A DNA stretch of 64,000 nt, from contig NC_043022.1 of NCBI RefSeq assembly GCF_006345805.1, positions 21,948,001 through 22,012,000 on the forward strand, given 5' to 3'. Every line of letters starts with the position of its first letter. Position 1 is the first letter of the stretch. The notes beneath the pieces were generated by a model. That model did not search any database. It was not told the origin of the DNA and was given only the letters and a program-made list of their open reading frames with translations. Origin of the DNA: Octopus sinensis. Its lineage: Eukaryota. Below are positions 1 through 11,049 of the stretch, in pieces. A program made the translations under genes and the position numbers.

Positions 1-270
1 CAATCCTTATTCAGGGACCTTTTGAGCAGGATGGGCTACTTGATCAGAAGAAAATTCTAACTGGGCCCCACCTGCAAGGGCATGCGCTGTTTATCTTGAT
101 ATGAAATCACCATGTCGCGCACATATGGTTGTGATGCATGTGCCTGATGTACCCTTATCAGACGGGTAGTCATGATGGGTATACTAGGCTTCGTATATTT
201 TACTCTGGTGTCACTTTGATGGCATGCACTACTCTCTCACTCAATAATAATAATAATAGTAATAATAATT
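1..270 (+). mobile_element. 3' end of a non-LTR retroelement with (AAT)n tail
   Basis: GC-richer segment ending in ctcactcaataataataat; family not assigned. Confidence 0.4.
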
Positions 271-813
271 TACATTAAATAACAACAACAACATTGGTTA
301 ATAACCACTAATCTTTTTTCGTTGGGGTGTATGGAACAATTAATTAAATTGATTCTCAATAATCTATAATGAATTCACAGGAAGATATAAACTAAAGCCG
401 ACTTTGATGGGATTTGAAGTGAAGATGTAAAGGTACATAAGTAAATACTGCACAGTAATTAGTCTGAGATGCTCTACCAATTCTGTTGAGCACAGTTCTA
501 GTAGACAGCATAAAAATATAATTGCTTATGATTTAGGCATAAGACCAGCAGCTTTGAAGATGAGGATTAGTTAATACCATCAAGTCCAGTAATTGACTGA
601 TTATTTTATTGGCCCCCAAGGGATGAAAAACAAAGTTTATGTCAGTGGGATTTGAACTTGGGATGTAAAGAGCTGAAACAAATGCCACAAGGTATTTTTT
701 TCCAATGCTTTAACAATTCTGCCAATCCATTATCCTAATCAATATAAATAATAAGCATAAAAATAGATACACATAATCAGACACACACACAGCAGAGAGA
801 TAAAATATTTTAC

Positions 814-924
814 CTTTTTCTGTGTAGAATACCTCAGCTCTTCCAGATCGTCATCCTTTTCTTCTATCTCTTTGATATGTTGCTGACGGAGATTCTGTAA
901 ATTCATTTCCAGACGTAGCTTGGT
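814..924 (-). CDS. MYO18A: Myosin-XVIII exon J (37 aa)
   Basis: ttacAG acceptor, AAG|GTAAAA donor, 111 nt; TKLRLEMNLQNLRQQHIKEIEEKDDDLEELRYSTQKK (cf. [37 protein letters not shown]). Confidence 0.95.
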
Positions 925-1499
925 CTGTAAATATATTTTAAGATAAATGGCAAACAGGTCAGTGATGTGTAACAGATAGATTGGTCAGTGATATGAGATA
1001 CAGACTAGTTTGTAATATGTCATACATAGACTGGTTGTGGCAGTGTCACAGACACTAACTGTACTATTGTGGATAAGCAGAGGTTTACATTGTTACACTG
1101 TTAGGCAAAGTACAACACTGTAACACTCCTGCCCACCAACACACACACACACCAACACACACACACAAAATAGAAATGTAGAACAATGGTGACAACAGCT
1201 ATCATGAAGGAAAATCCTCTACTGTGTCATTCAGCCCGCCAGAATTAGTAACCACATCTCCATCATATCACAGACAACCGTTCTAAAAGATGAAAGATAC
1301 ATTGAGCAATACAGTCTGTGATGAGAAGAAATAATAGGGATGGTCATAGTCTGTGCAATAACAACAACATCTGTTTATAATAAAAAACGTTTTATCACTG
1401 TTTTATTACTCTTGAAATACAGAGGGAAGTTATACAAGAAATGATGGGATGATTCTTTGTTACATTTTTGTAGTTATGAAGATGATGAAAATAATACTA

Positions 1500-1984
1500 T
1501 TGGGTCGTCCGGAAAGTTTGTGCCGATTTATAGTAGCTTACCTTTCGACTTATCTTAGAACATGTTTGAGTCCATAAAATAAGATTTGACTACACCTCCA
1601 TTTAGAGCACAGTTTAAGCTATCTTTTCGTGGAAGAAGGTTTATGTTCCTATATCCTGTGTTAATTCTGTAACCCTTTAAAATGGAAGATAAGAAAGTTC
1701 ACTTTCGGCACTTGATGCTTTTCTTTTTCCGTAAAGGGAAAACTGCCTCACAAACAACCAAAGAAATATGCGCAGTTTACAGTGATGTTTCTTTATCCGA
1801 AAGAACTGTACAGAAGTGGTTCATAAGGTTCCGAGCTGGAGATTGTAGCCTTATTGATAAAGAGCAATCAGGCAGACCATCCACTACAGAGGATGACCAA
1901 ATCAAGTCGTTAACTGAGAATAACCCACATTGCACAACGCGACAATTGGCAGAAAGCCTCAGCCTATCAAAATCCATCGTTCAT
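1500..1984 (+). mobile_element. Mariner (DD34D-type) transposon 5' half, truncated by a SINE
   Basis: TA + TTGGGTCGTCCGGAAAG terminus; MEDKKVHFRHLMLFFFRKGKTASQTTKEICAVY...TVQKWFIRFRAGD...SGRP...TTRQLAESL is a typical mariner HTH N-terminus. Confidence 0.88.
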
Positions 1985-2143
1985 GGGCTTCTTTTCAGTT
2001 TCCGTCTACCAAATCCAATCACAAGGCTTTGGTCGGCCCGAGGCTATAGTAGAAGATACTTGCCCAAGATGCCACGCAGTGGGACTGAACCCCGAACCAT
2101 GAGGTTGGTAAGCAAGCTACTTACCACACAGCCACTCTTGCGC
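1985..2143 (-). mobile_element. tRNA-derived CORE-like SINE (family S1), 5' part
   Basis: A-box TGGCTGTGTGGT, B-box GGGTTCAGTCCC, CORE-like (C/T)TTGGGCAAGT. Further copies at ~6771-7174(-), 14148-14513(-), 26483-26908(+), 27828-27992(-), 34507-35400(-), 38175-38607(-), 39201-39361(-), 48461-48823(-), 48845-49280(+). Confidence 0.85.
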
Positions 2144-2149
2144 CTATAG

Positions 2150-2795
2150 TAAATTTTTCAATCATAAAATTTATACAATATTTGCGACACAGGTCACATT
2201 CCCGTTACGACTTAGAATTGCCAGACTCAAACAGAAATCGTCCGATAATTGCCATCTGAATGGAAATTTTGTTTTCACTATGAAACACATTTTGCTAAGT
2301 TTGTACCACCCCTTTGAGACCAAACTACACTCTAGCTTCAAAATATAGAATACCTCATAGGTAATATAGACATCCTAAATTCAGTGGCAGTGTTAACCCT
2401 TTCATTACTGTATTTATTTTGAGATGCTCTGTGTTTCTTTCAATTATTTTAGATATTACAAAGAATTTAGTAAAATAACTTAGTTATCATTAAGCTAGTG
2501 TTAGGAACATAAATTTTGACTAAGGTTTGGTAGAAGATTTTAATTCAAAACTTATGGAAACAAGACATTTGTACTCAGAGCCAGAGCTGCTTTCAGCCGG
2601 GTTGATAACGAAAGGGTTAATGAAGATGTTATACGTTAATTTAATGTCTTAAACTTATCTTTATTAATGTATATCGAATTATACATAGACATGTACAAGA
2701 TTTACACAAATATAAGAGTTAGAACTTTTGATCTGCCCATAGGCCTTTTTCTTAGGAAATTTTTCCTGTCGTATAAAAAAGTTGCCCTACCCCTG
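2150..2795 (-). mobile_element. Non-autonomous Tc1/mariner-like DNA element, interrupted by a TTAA MITE
   Basis: Reverse-complement homologue at ~37275-37790; terminus related to CAGGG..GGG.AACTT. Confidence 0.6.
2397..2616. mobile_element. piggyBac-like MITE (220 bp)
   Basis: TTAA on both sides; TIR CCCTTTCATTAC / GATAACGAAAGGG; partial copy at ~7215-7285. Confidence 0.85.
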
Positions 2796-4054
2796 ATCTA
2801 AAAGTTGAGTTATTTCTTGGAGAAAAAAATATTTTAAATTTTTTTTTACAAATGACATTGTTAGTGGGACGCAAAGTTCAAAAATCAAATTTGCTTTTCT
2901 CAAGATGCAGTTTCAGAGCCTATATGGGTTAAAACTTACATACATAACCTTATACACTCGCATTTATATAGTAGATATATACACACATACATATATGTAT
3001 TTGTGCGTGTATACATTCATGCATGTGTGTGACTATACACACATACATCCACATGTACCCATTGTGTGTATGTGCACAGAAAGTCATTTGAATATGTGAT
3101 TTGGAGAGAGAGAGAGAAAGAGAGAGAGGGGAATTGCAGCATCATGTATAAATAGCCAGAAACCTCTTGAAAAAGAATGTGTAAGTATGAATAGTAATAA
3201 GTGAGTGTAAGAATGTGGTGTGTGTGTGTGTGTATGTGTGTGTGTGCTAACTTAAGTATAGTGAGTGTGTAAGTATCCAATGTGAGTGTGAGTGAGTGTC
3301 CAGCATAATGGTCAGTAAGTGGAGGCAGCTGTGTCATGTAATAGCACAGTCATCAGTTCCAGCAGCTGTCCAAGACATTCTCTACATCTTAGATAATGAG
3401 ACAGGCAGACACTGTCCAGACAAAGGGGTCAGCTATTTTGGCCACTCACACTGACCTCACAAGGTCACGAGTTTTTTGTTTCTTTTTCTTTTTTTTTAAC
3501 TGGGGCACAGTTACAGTTAAGACTATTGGATGGGTTATTCTGTGTACATGCATTTGTGCGAAAAGACCCATCATCATCATCGTGTTAATGTCTAAGTTTT
3601 CCATGTTCGTATGGGTCAGATGGAGTTTATCTGAGGCAGATTTTCTACAGCCAAATAATACCCTTCCTTTTGGCAGCCTTCATCATTTTCTAAGCAGGAC
3701 AATATACCTCCAGGACAAAACAGGGACACTCATTTACACATGTACACCCAGAGACATTTGAGAACTATTGACCATCATAATCTGTAAGATATATTTTCAA
3801 TACAACAGCATGATATACAAGTAGGTCTCAGATCTACTGACAGGATAAAGCCAATTGTATCTGCATGCCATCATGTACATAGACCAACTAGAGCACATGG
3901 TACTCACTACCTGTTACCCTGGTATCTTTTTCTCCAAATATGTTGGCTACATCCTGATTGCTGATGAACCATCCAAACTGTACCCATTATGTGGCATTTT
4001 GGGGGACAGTATCTTCTATTATAGCCTTACAAAACATTGTAAGTGGATCATCAT

Positions 4055-4395
4055 CATCATCGTTTAACGTCTGCTTTCCATGCTAGCATAGGTTGGACAG
4101 TTCGACTGGGGTCTGGGAAGCCAGGAGGCTGCACCAGGCCCAGTGTTTCTACAGCTGGATGCCCTTCCTAACGCCAACCACTCCGTGAGTGTAGTGGGTG
4201 CTTTTTACGTGCCAGGCGAGGCTGGCAATGGCCACGATTGGATTGGTGCTTTTTACGTGCCAGGTGAGGCTGGCAACGGCCACGATCGGATTGGTGCTTT
4301 TTACATGCCAGGTGAGGCTGGCAACGGCCACGATCGGATTGGTGCTTTTTACGTGCCACCGGCATGGAGGCCAGTCAAAGCGGCACTGGCATGTA
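4055..4395 (-). mobile_element. RTE-tailed non-autonomous retroposon ('element R') with three internal 48-bp repeats
   Basis: Sense GGCACGTAAAAAGCACC...GGCGTTAGGAAGGGCATCCAGC...GGAAAGC(A/G)GACGTTAAACGATGATGATG. Other copies at ~4637-4919, 5740-5900, 10690-10865, 12590-12877(+), 15535-15687, 20490-20690, 30212-30375(+), 36050-36212(+), 58830-59090, 61770-62095. Confidence 0.8.
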
Positions 4396-4919
4396 CTAAG
4401 TAAAAGAAACCCATCATGTGTTTCCTTGGCTTCATATCAAATGATATTTGTAAATGAGTATCACTGTCATACAGGCAGTGACACTCACTTCTAACATTCT
4501 GTGAAAACATGTCAGGTCATGAGGGTATATTGTCTAGCTTGGCCACATCCTAATTCCAAATATCAGAGATTTGACAAAGCTGATGAGCACATAAAAATTT
4601 GAACTTGAACACCCAGACAAACCTTGGAGCTCTCATCATCATCATCGTCGTCGTTGTCGTTTAACGTCCGCTTTCCATGCTAGCATGGGTTGGACGATTT
4701 GACTGAGGGCTGGTGAACCAGATGGCTGCACCAGGCTCCAATCTTGATCTGGCAGAGTTTCTACAGCTCGATGCCCTTCCTAACGCCAACCACTCCGAGA
4801 GTGTAGTGGGTGCTTTTATGTGCCACTGGCACGGGGGCCAGTCAGGCGGTACTGGCAACGACCTCACTCGAATTTTTTACACATGCTAACGGCACAGGTG
4901 CCAGTAAGGCGATGCTGGT

Positions 4920-5010
4920 AAAAATATGGAATGCTTCACGAATTTGCATGTCATCCTTGCGCAGGGGCCATGCTAATCTTCTTTGCATCGTTCCGATTTT
5001 AGAATATGTA
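4920..5010 (-). pseudogene. U6: U6 snRNA pseudogene, 5'-truncated, fused to element R
   Basis: Reverse complement TACATATTCTAAAATCGGAACGATGCAAAGAAGATTAGCATGGCCCCTGCGCAAGGATGACATGCAAATTCGTGAAGCATTCCATATTTTT matches U6 from about nt 17 to the 3' U-tract. The ACAGAGA box is mutated to GCAAAGA and the 5' stem-loop is absent. Confidence 0.95.
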
Positions 5011-5309
5011 TTGCGGTCTCCATGAAATATTTGGATGAATTGTTGACAGGAGAAACTGACAACAATGCCATGTGGTTCACTTTTCATATGAGCAATACAG
5101 GATGTAAACACATAGACATATGCACATACACACACATACACATGGCAGTCTTCTTTCAGCTTCTGTCTACTAAATCCACTAAGATTTGGGTTGGCCAATA
5201 ACTATAGTAAAAGACAATTGTTCAAGATGCTGCACAACAGTGAGACTGAACCCAAAACCATGTGGTTGGGAAGTCAACTTGTTACCCACACAGAACCATA
5301 AGCTGTGCC

Positions 5310-5342
<33 letters not shown>

Positions 5343-5895
5343 TATATATATGTATATATAAAAAAAGTATATATTTAGCATTTCGAAAATCAGTTCTGCA
5401 CTTTTCATTTACCACGTACTGAAACTGCGCTTGCGCGGTGAATTTTGAAAATTTATAACATATAATGATGAGACATGTGTTATTTGTCTCTAAATTATAT
5501 GTTAATGTTATGGTGCGGTTACTGATGAAAATTTTGTCTAGCAAAATATTCTATTTGCTAAAAAAATAAGAAACCTAGGTATAACCATAAAAAAAATAAC
5601 AAGGTAAAAGTTTTTATTTTTCATTCCCTTCGAAATTGCTCTTAAATGTGGTTTTGGTTGTTTTGACTGCTTCTTCTAGCGTGTAAAATTACCTGTAAAA
5701 GGTAGTTTCTCGTGTTTAAATGTACACTATTTTATATATATCATCATCATCATCGTTTAGCGTCTGCTTTCCATGCTGGCATGGGTTGGACGGTACAACC
5801 GGGGTCTGGGAAGCCAGGAGGCTGTCTGATCTGGCAATGTTTCTACGGCTGGATGCCCTTCCTAACACCAACCACTCCATGAGTGGAGTGGGTGC

Positions 5896-5969
<74 letters not shown>

Positions 5970-5970
<1 letters not shown>

Positions 5971-6195
5971 CTGGAGTAAGCACATAAATGTGAAACAAGG
6001 TGGAAAAAAAGAGTACTCTTATACCAGAGGTAGAGTAATATGATTTATTTAAAAGTAGCAGAAATACCACAATAACTGTTACTCAGAGTTCCACATTCCC
6101 ATTCGTCGGACAGTTTTGTTAACAAAACTGTCTGACGAATGGGAACATGAAACTCTAACAGTTTTTGTGATATTTCTGCCTGCTTTTAAATAAAG
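5970..6195. mobile_element. Penelope-like terminal-repeat fragments in inverted arrangement, with two hammerhead motifs
   Basis: Palindrome centred on GTTAAC (6118-6123); hammerhead folds at 6074-6117(-) and 6126-6163(+); same family partial at ~23472-23530. Confidence 0.75.
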
Positions 6196-6279
6196 TATAT
6201 ATATATATAAATTTTGAGTCACATCATAGCTATATATACATATATAAATATATATATATTTTGAGTCACACACACATGC

Positions 6280-6312
<33 letters not shown>

Positions 6313-6432
6313 TATATATAATAAGTACACACATCATTCCTCAAGTATGTGTGTGTGCACATATTTTAATCCTCATTTAATCAAGCAGCTACAAAAGATC
6401 AAGATAGCTGTATAAACAAAAGGTGAACATAC

Positions 6433-6534
6433 CTGTTCTAACTGCTGTATCTGACCAGCTTGGTCATCAAGTTCCTCTTCCTGTTCAGCAACCTTCATTG
6501 ATAGTTCATGTTTTGCTCTCTTTAATGCCATATA
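6433..6534 (-). CDS. MYO18A: Myosin-XVIII exon I (34 aa)
   Basis: tttcAG acceptor, CAG|GTATGT donor, 102 nt; YMALKRAKHELSMKVAEQEEELDDQAGQIQQLEQ (cf. DQEEELDEQAGTIQMLEQ). Confidence 0.96.
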
Positions 6535-6976
6535 CTGAAATAAAGAGAAAACAAATATCATCAACTCCGCAGACCAGCATCATCATTACCACCATCATCA
6601 CTATCAACAGCACCACCAACACCATTGCTATCACCACCACCATCACCTCCAATATCATTACCATTGCTGTCGCCACAACGACAGTTGTCCTCATCACATC
6701 ATCACTCCATCTCCAACAGTAATTTAAATACCATTTATGACCAGAACAAGCCATAGTAAATACCACTCTTTTACTCTCGTTTTACTTGTTTCAGTCATTT
6801 GACTGCGGCCATGCTGGAGCGCCGCCTTTAGTCGAGCAAATCAACCCCGGGACTTATTCTTTGTAAGCCCAGTACTTATTCTATCGGTCTCTTTTGATGA
6901 AACCGCTATGTGACGGGGACATAAACACCAGCATCGGTTGTCAAGCAATGCTAGGGGGACAAACACACACAAACAT

Positions 6977-7007
<31 letters not shown>

Positions 7008-7472
7008 CATATATACGACAGGCTTCTTTGAGTTTCCGCCTACCAAATTCACTCACAAGGCTTTGGCCGGCCCGAGGCTATAGTAGAAGACACTTGCCCA
7101 AGGTGCCACGCAGTGGGACTGAACCCAGAACCATGTGGTTGGTAAGCAAGCTACTTACCACACAGCCACTCCTGCACTCCACTAAGCATTTTGTTAAAAT
7201 TCTAATCATCACTCGAAACTTATGAAAACAAGATATTTATACTCAGAACCAGAGCCGGTTTCAGCCGGGTTGGTAATGAAAGGGATAAATTCCTGCCCTT
7301 AACTCACACGTATTAAAAGAAGTAACAAATACAATGAGAGCATCTCAGGTATTTATCCTTGATGCTGGTCAGAACTCAAAACAATAAGGATCACCCACAC
7401 ATCCATCAAAGAATAAAGAATACCATGTATTAATATTCCATGGAAAGTAAAGCAACAGGGAGATATATATGT

Positions 7473-7683
7473 TTCTTTACTACCCACAAGGGGCTAAACA
7501 TAGAGGGGACAAACAGGGACAGAGAAACGAACTAAGTCAATTACATCGACCCCAGTGCGTAACTGGTGCTTAAGTTATCGACCCCAAAAGGATCAAAGGC
7601 AAAGTCGACCATGGCGGAATTTGAACTCAGAACGTAATGGCTATGCATTTCGCCCGGTGTGCTAACGGTTCTGCCAGCTCGCA
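7473..7683 (-). mobile_element. tRNA-derived SINE family S2 (GTCGAC body)
   Basis: Head TGGCAGAAACGTTAGC, B-box GAGTTCAAATTCC, body TCGACTTTGCCTTT(C/G)ATCCTTT, tail GTAAAGAAA; TSD-like GGGAGATATATA on both sides. Other copies at ~11940-12182, 13393-13808, 28654-29797, 36416-36660, 52716-52947, 53876-54260, 56722-56950, 59253-59435. Confidence 0.85.
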
Positions 7684-8100
7684 GGGAGATATATAGAAGC
7701 AGATGTTTGTGAGTGGGGTGACCTACTATGTGTTAGTGGGGGAGCTGGTGGATGCCGATAGGGGTCTGTTATGATAGTTGGACATGCTTGTTCACCCTCA
7801 CTAAGTAGCAGCTTTGAAACTAAAGTTATTATTTTACCGTGAGAGTAAATGAGTAAATATGTTGTTTTCAAAGAAATGCAATTGATTAATTTTTCAGCTG
7901 TGCAGTGTAAGAAAGTGGTTGATTAGCGAGAGTCATTTGAGAGTTAGATAAAATGTAATGCGTGCATAAGTATAGCTATGAGGTGAAGAAGTTTGCTTCT
8001 AAACCACATGGTTTCAGGTTCAGCCACACTGCACAGGACCTTGGTCAAGTATCAGATACTATAGATCCAGGCCAACAAAAACCTTGTGAGCAGATTTGAA

Positions 8101-8345
8101 AGAAGCTCATCAATCGAAGGAGAGGGGCTTTCTCCATCCGGGTTGCGGATCTGTGGAATAAGCTGCCGGACGAGATAGTGAAGATGCTGACGACCGCTCA
8201 GTTCAAAGTCTCTCTTGACCAGAAATGGCCTGAACTCTTTGTATGAACACCCTCCCTATACTTAACTCCATGCCCCCCTACATGGCCTTGCTTTTGCTTT
8301 TTGAGCAAAAAAAAAAATAAAAATAAAAATAAAATTAATTAAATT
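8101..8345 (+). mobile_element. CR1/L2-type LINE 3' end
   Basis: KLINRRRGAFSIRVADLWNKLPDEIVKMLTTAQFKVSLDQKWPELFV* (FS.RV...WN.LP motif), short UTR, A-rich tail. Confidence 0.8.
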
Positions 8346-8387
8346 AAATTAAATATCTGTATGTGTAGATTGGTGTGGGAGTGGATG

Positions 8388-8419
<32 letters not shown>

Positions 8420-8426
8420 CAGATAT

Positions 8427-8471
<45 letters not shown>

Positions 8472-9016
8472 TTTCTTTGTCCTAGTATTGCTTGATCATT
8501 GTAAATGAGCATCACTGTCATACAAGTGGTGTCATTCATTCCCAATATTTTGCTAAAATATGTCTGGCCTTAGGGAAATATTACCTCACTTGGAAACGGG
8601 TAACGGTTAGAGACAGGCAGGGCATTTGGTTGTAGACAATCTACCTCAATAAGCTCCATCTGACTCGTGCCAGCATGGGAAAGTGAGCAAAATTTAAGCA
8701 ACTATGATGATTATGATGATGACATTTGCTCCAGCTCCCTACACTCTGGACTCTATATCCTGCTGAGGTCAACTTTACTTTTCATCCTTTCAAGGTCAGA
8801 GAATGGAGAACCAGTCCAGTGTTGATGCAGTCTTCTCACTTTCCTCCAGTCATCATGGGTATTGCATAAGGGGGAAGACAAAGATGATATGGATATATGA
8901 TGAATATATATCTTGGGACTACATAACACTTAAAAATTTCGAGTGGAAAGAAAGTGCATATCACGAAGTCATACTCTGCTGTGAGTGATAGCTGTAGTAG
9001 TAGTAGCAGCAGTAGC

Positions 9017-9447
9017 AGCTATTGTATGGTGTATTAGATAAATATTTTTAGCATGTAGTTACAGGAAAAAACACCATCCATTGAGAAAGCATAGTAAATA
9101 ACCATGCTAGAAATAGCAGCCATACTTCCTTCAAATCAGGGCCTACTGGGGAACAAGTAGCTATTGTATGGTGTATTAGATAAATATTTTTAGCATGTAG
9201 TTACAGGAAAAAACCCCATCCATTAAGAAAGCATAGTAAATAACCATGCTAGAAATAGCAGCCATACTTCCTTCAAATCAGGGCCTACTGGGGAACAAGT
9301 AGCTATTGTATGGTGTATTAGATAAATATTTTTAGCATGTAGTTACAGGAAAAAACACCATCCATTGAGAAAGCATATACATGGTAAATAACCATGCTAG
9401 AAATAGCAGCCATACTTCCTTCAAATCACGGCCTACTGGGGAACAAG
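9017..9447. repeat. Three tandem copies of a 142-bp unit
   Basis: AGCTATTGTATGG starts at 9017, 9159 and 9301. Confidence 0.95.
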
Positions 9448-9934
9448 AGGAAATAGATTATATAGTTCTAGATAGTGTTGAAATAAAAAACAGAATGACT
9501 GTCCATCTAGCTGGATTGAAATTGACCCAGGGCTAAATAACAACACCAGGATACAATCTGTTGTAGATCACGTGACTACAACGGTGAAGGAGAATGATAA
9601 CTAGGAAGAAATGAGAGAGAGAGAGAGAGATGCAGAGAGAAACTAAATAGAAGAGGAGGATTCAGAGGAAAAGACCATTAGACAGAGGAAATAGGAAAAG
9701 GATTAAAGGATTCAGGAGGGGCATGTGTATGTGGGTTGGGTGATAAGGCAACAGAAAGGGGTGTAGAAGGCTGGAATTTGATGATGAGAGGAGAAGAGGA
9801 AGTAGTTCTCGGCTATGGAAGACCCCTCACCAGGAAGAGATACTCTCTGAAAAACTAACATCATGGGTTATTAAGTGGGGCAGTATGTGAGAGGATGTTT
9901 GAGGTTGGGAAGATGCTGTGTGTGTATGTGTATG

Positions 9935-9969
<35 letters not shown>

Positions 9970-11049
9970 AAGTATGCATGCTTTGGGATGTGTTACAGTG
10001 TCTGGAGTGGCTGTGTGGGAATATGTAAGGCCAAGATGATGTGTGGGTGTGATACGGTGCATGTGTGTATATTTATTCATTCATACATATTCGTACATTC
10101 TGCATTTATTGAGTTCTTTCTTATGTTCTGTTTCTTCTAATCACGATTATGTGTGTATGAGCATATACATACATATACATGCATATTTACATACAACCCA
10201 CCCCCCATATGTACGTTTGTGCACAGTAAGAGATTCGCCGCACACACTATGTGCTCCAAGCTGTTTTTACCAAATATTTAACAATAAAACACTAATCCTA
10301 TACAGATTAATGTTAATCCTCAATAATTAGCAGACATACCATTGATATGAACACTAGTGATGGAAAAATCTCTCACACATTATACCACCTACCAATGTGT
10401 TATATAAAGATTTCACCTTAAATGTTTACATACACACACACATTAACATACACAACATTAATATTTGTATGTGAACATGTATATATTATACACACATATG
10501 TTTGTATCATGTCATAACTTTTCCCAATCTGACATGGATTAGGACTTCTACAGAGTGTTTTACAAGTTGCAGCAGCCTGTTCTTATCTCCTTCACCAGAT
10601 TCAACCTCCTGACCACATGTTCCCATGTCTTTTTTGCAAGGCCCTTCTTGGATCACTTGGCATTTATTCATCCAACTGTCATCCTCTATTATCATCATCA
10701 TCATCGTTTAACGTCCGTTTTCCATGCTAGCATGGGTTGGACGGTTCAACCGGGGTCTGGGAAGCAAGGAGGCTGTACCAGGCTCCAGTCTGATCTGGCA
10801 GTGCTTCTACAGCTGGATGCCCTTCCTAACGCCAACAACTCCGTGAGTGTAGCGAGTGCTTTTTACATCATATATCCATACCATCTTTGTCTTCCCCCTT
10901 ATGCAATACCCATGATTTCTCAGACTCAGCTTTTATTCCTCAGCTTATTTATAATCTGACATTCACACACACTCTAACATGACACATCTAGCAGAGTAAA
11001 CTCATTAAATGTCATTCAGCAATCTTTTTTTTTTCTGACTTGAGACAGC

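Noticed and set aside
1682-2149. 155-aa ORF as an intact gene
   Set aside because: It is a mariner N-terminus reading through into an antisense S1 SINE (LLFSFRLPNP... recurs in many SINE ORFs); there is no catalytic domain.
4920-5010. Functional U6 gene
   Set aside because: The 5' stem-loop is missing, the ACAGAGA box is mutated, and the 3' end is fused to a retroposon.
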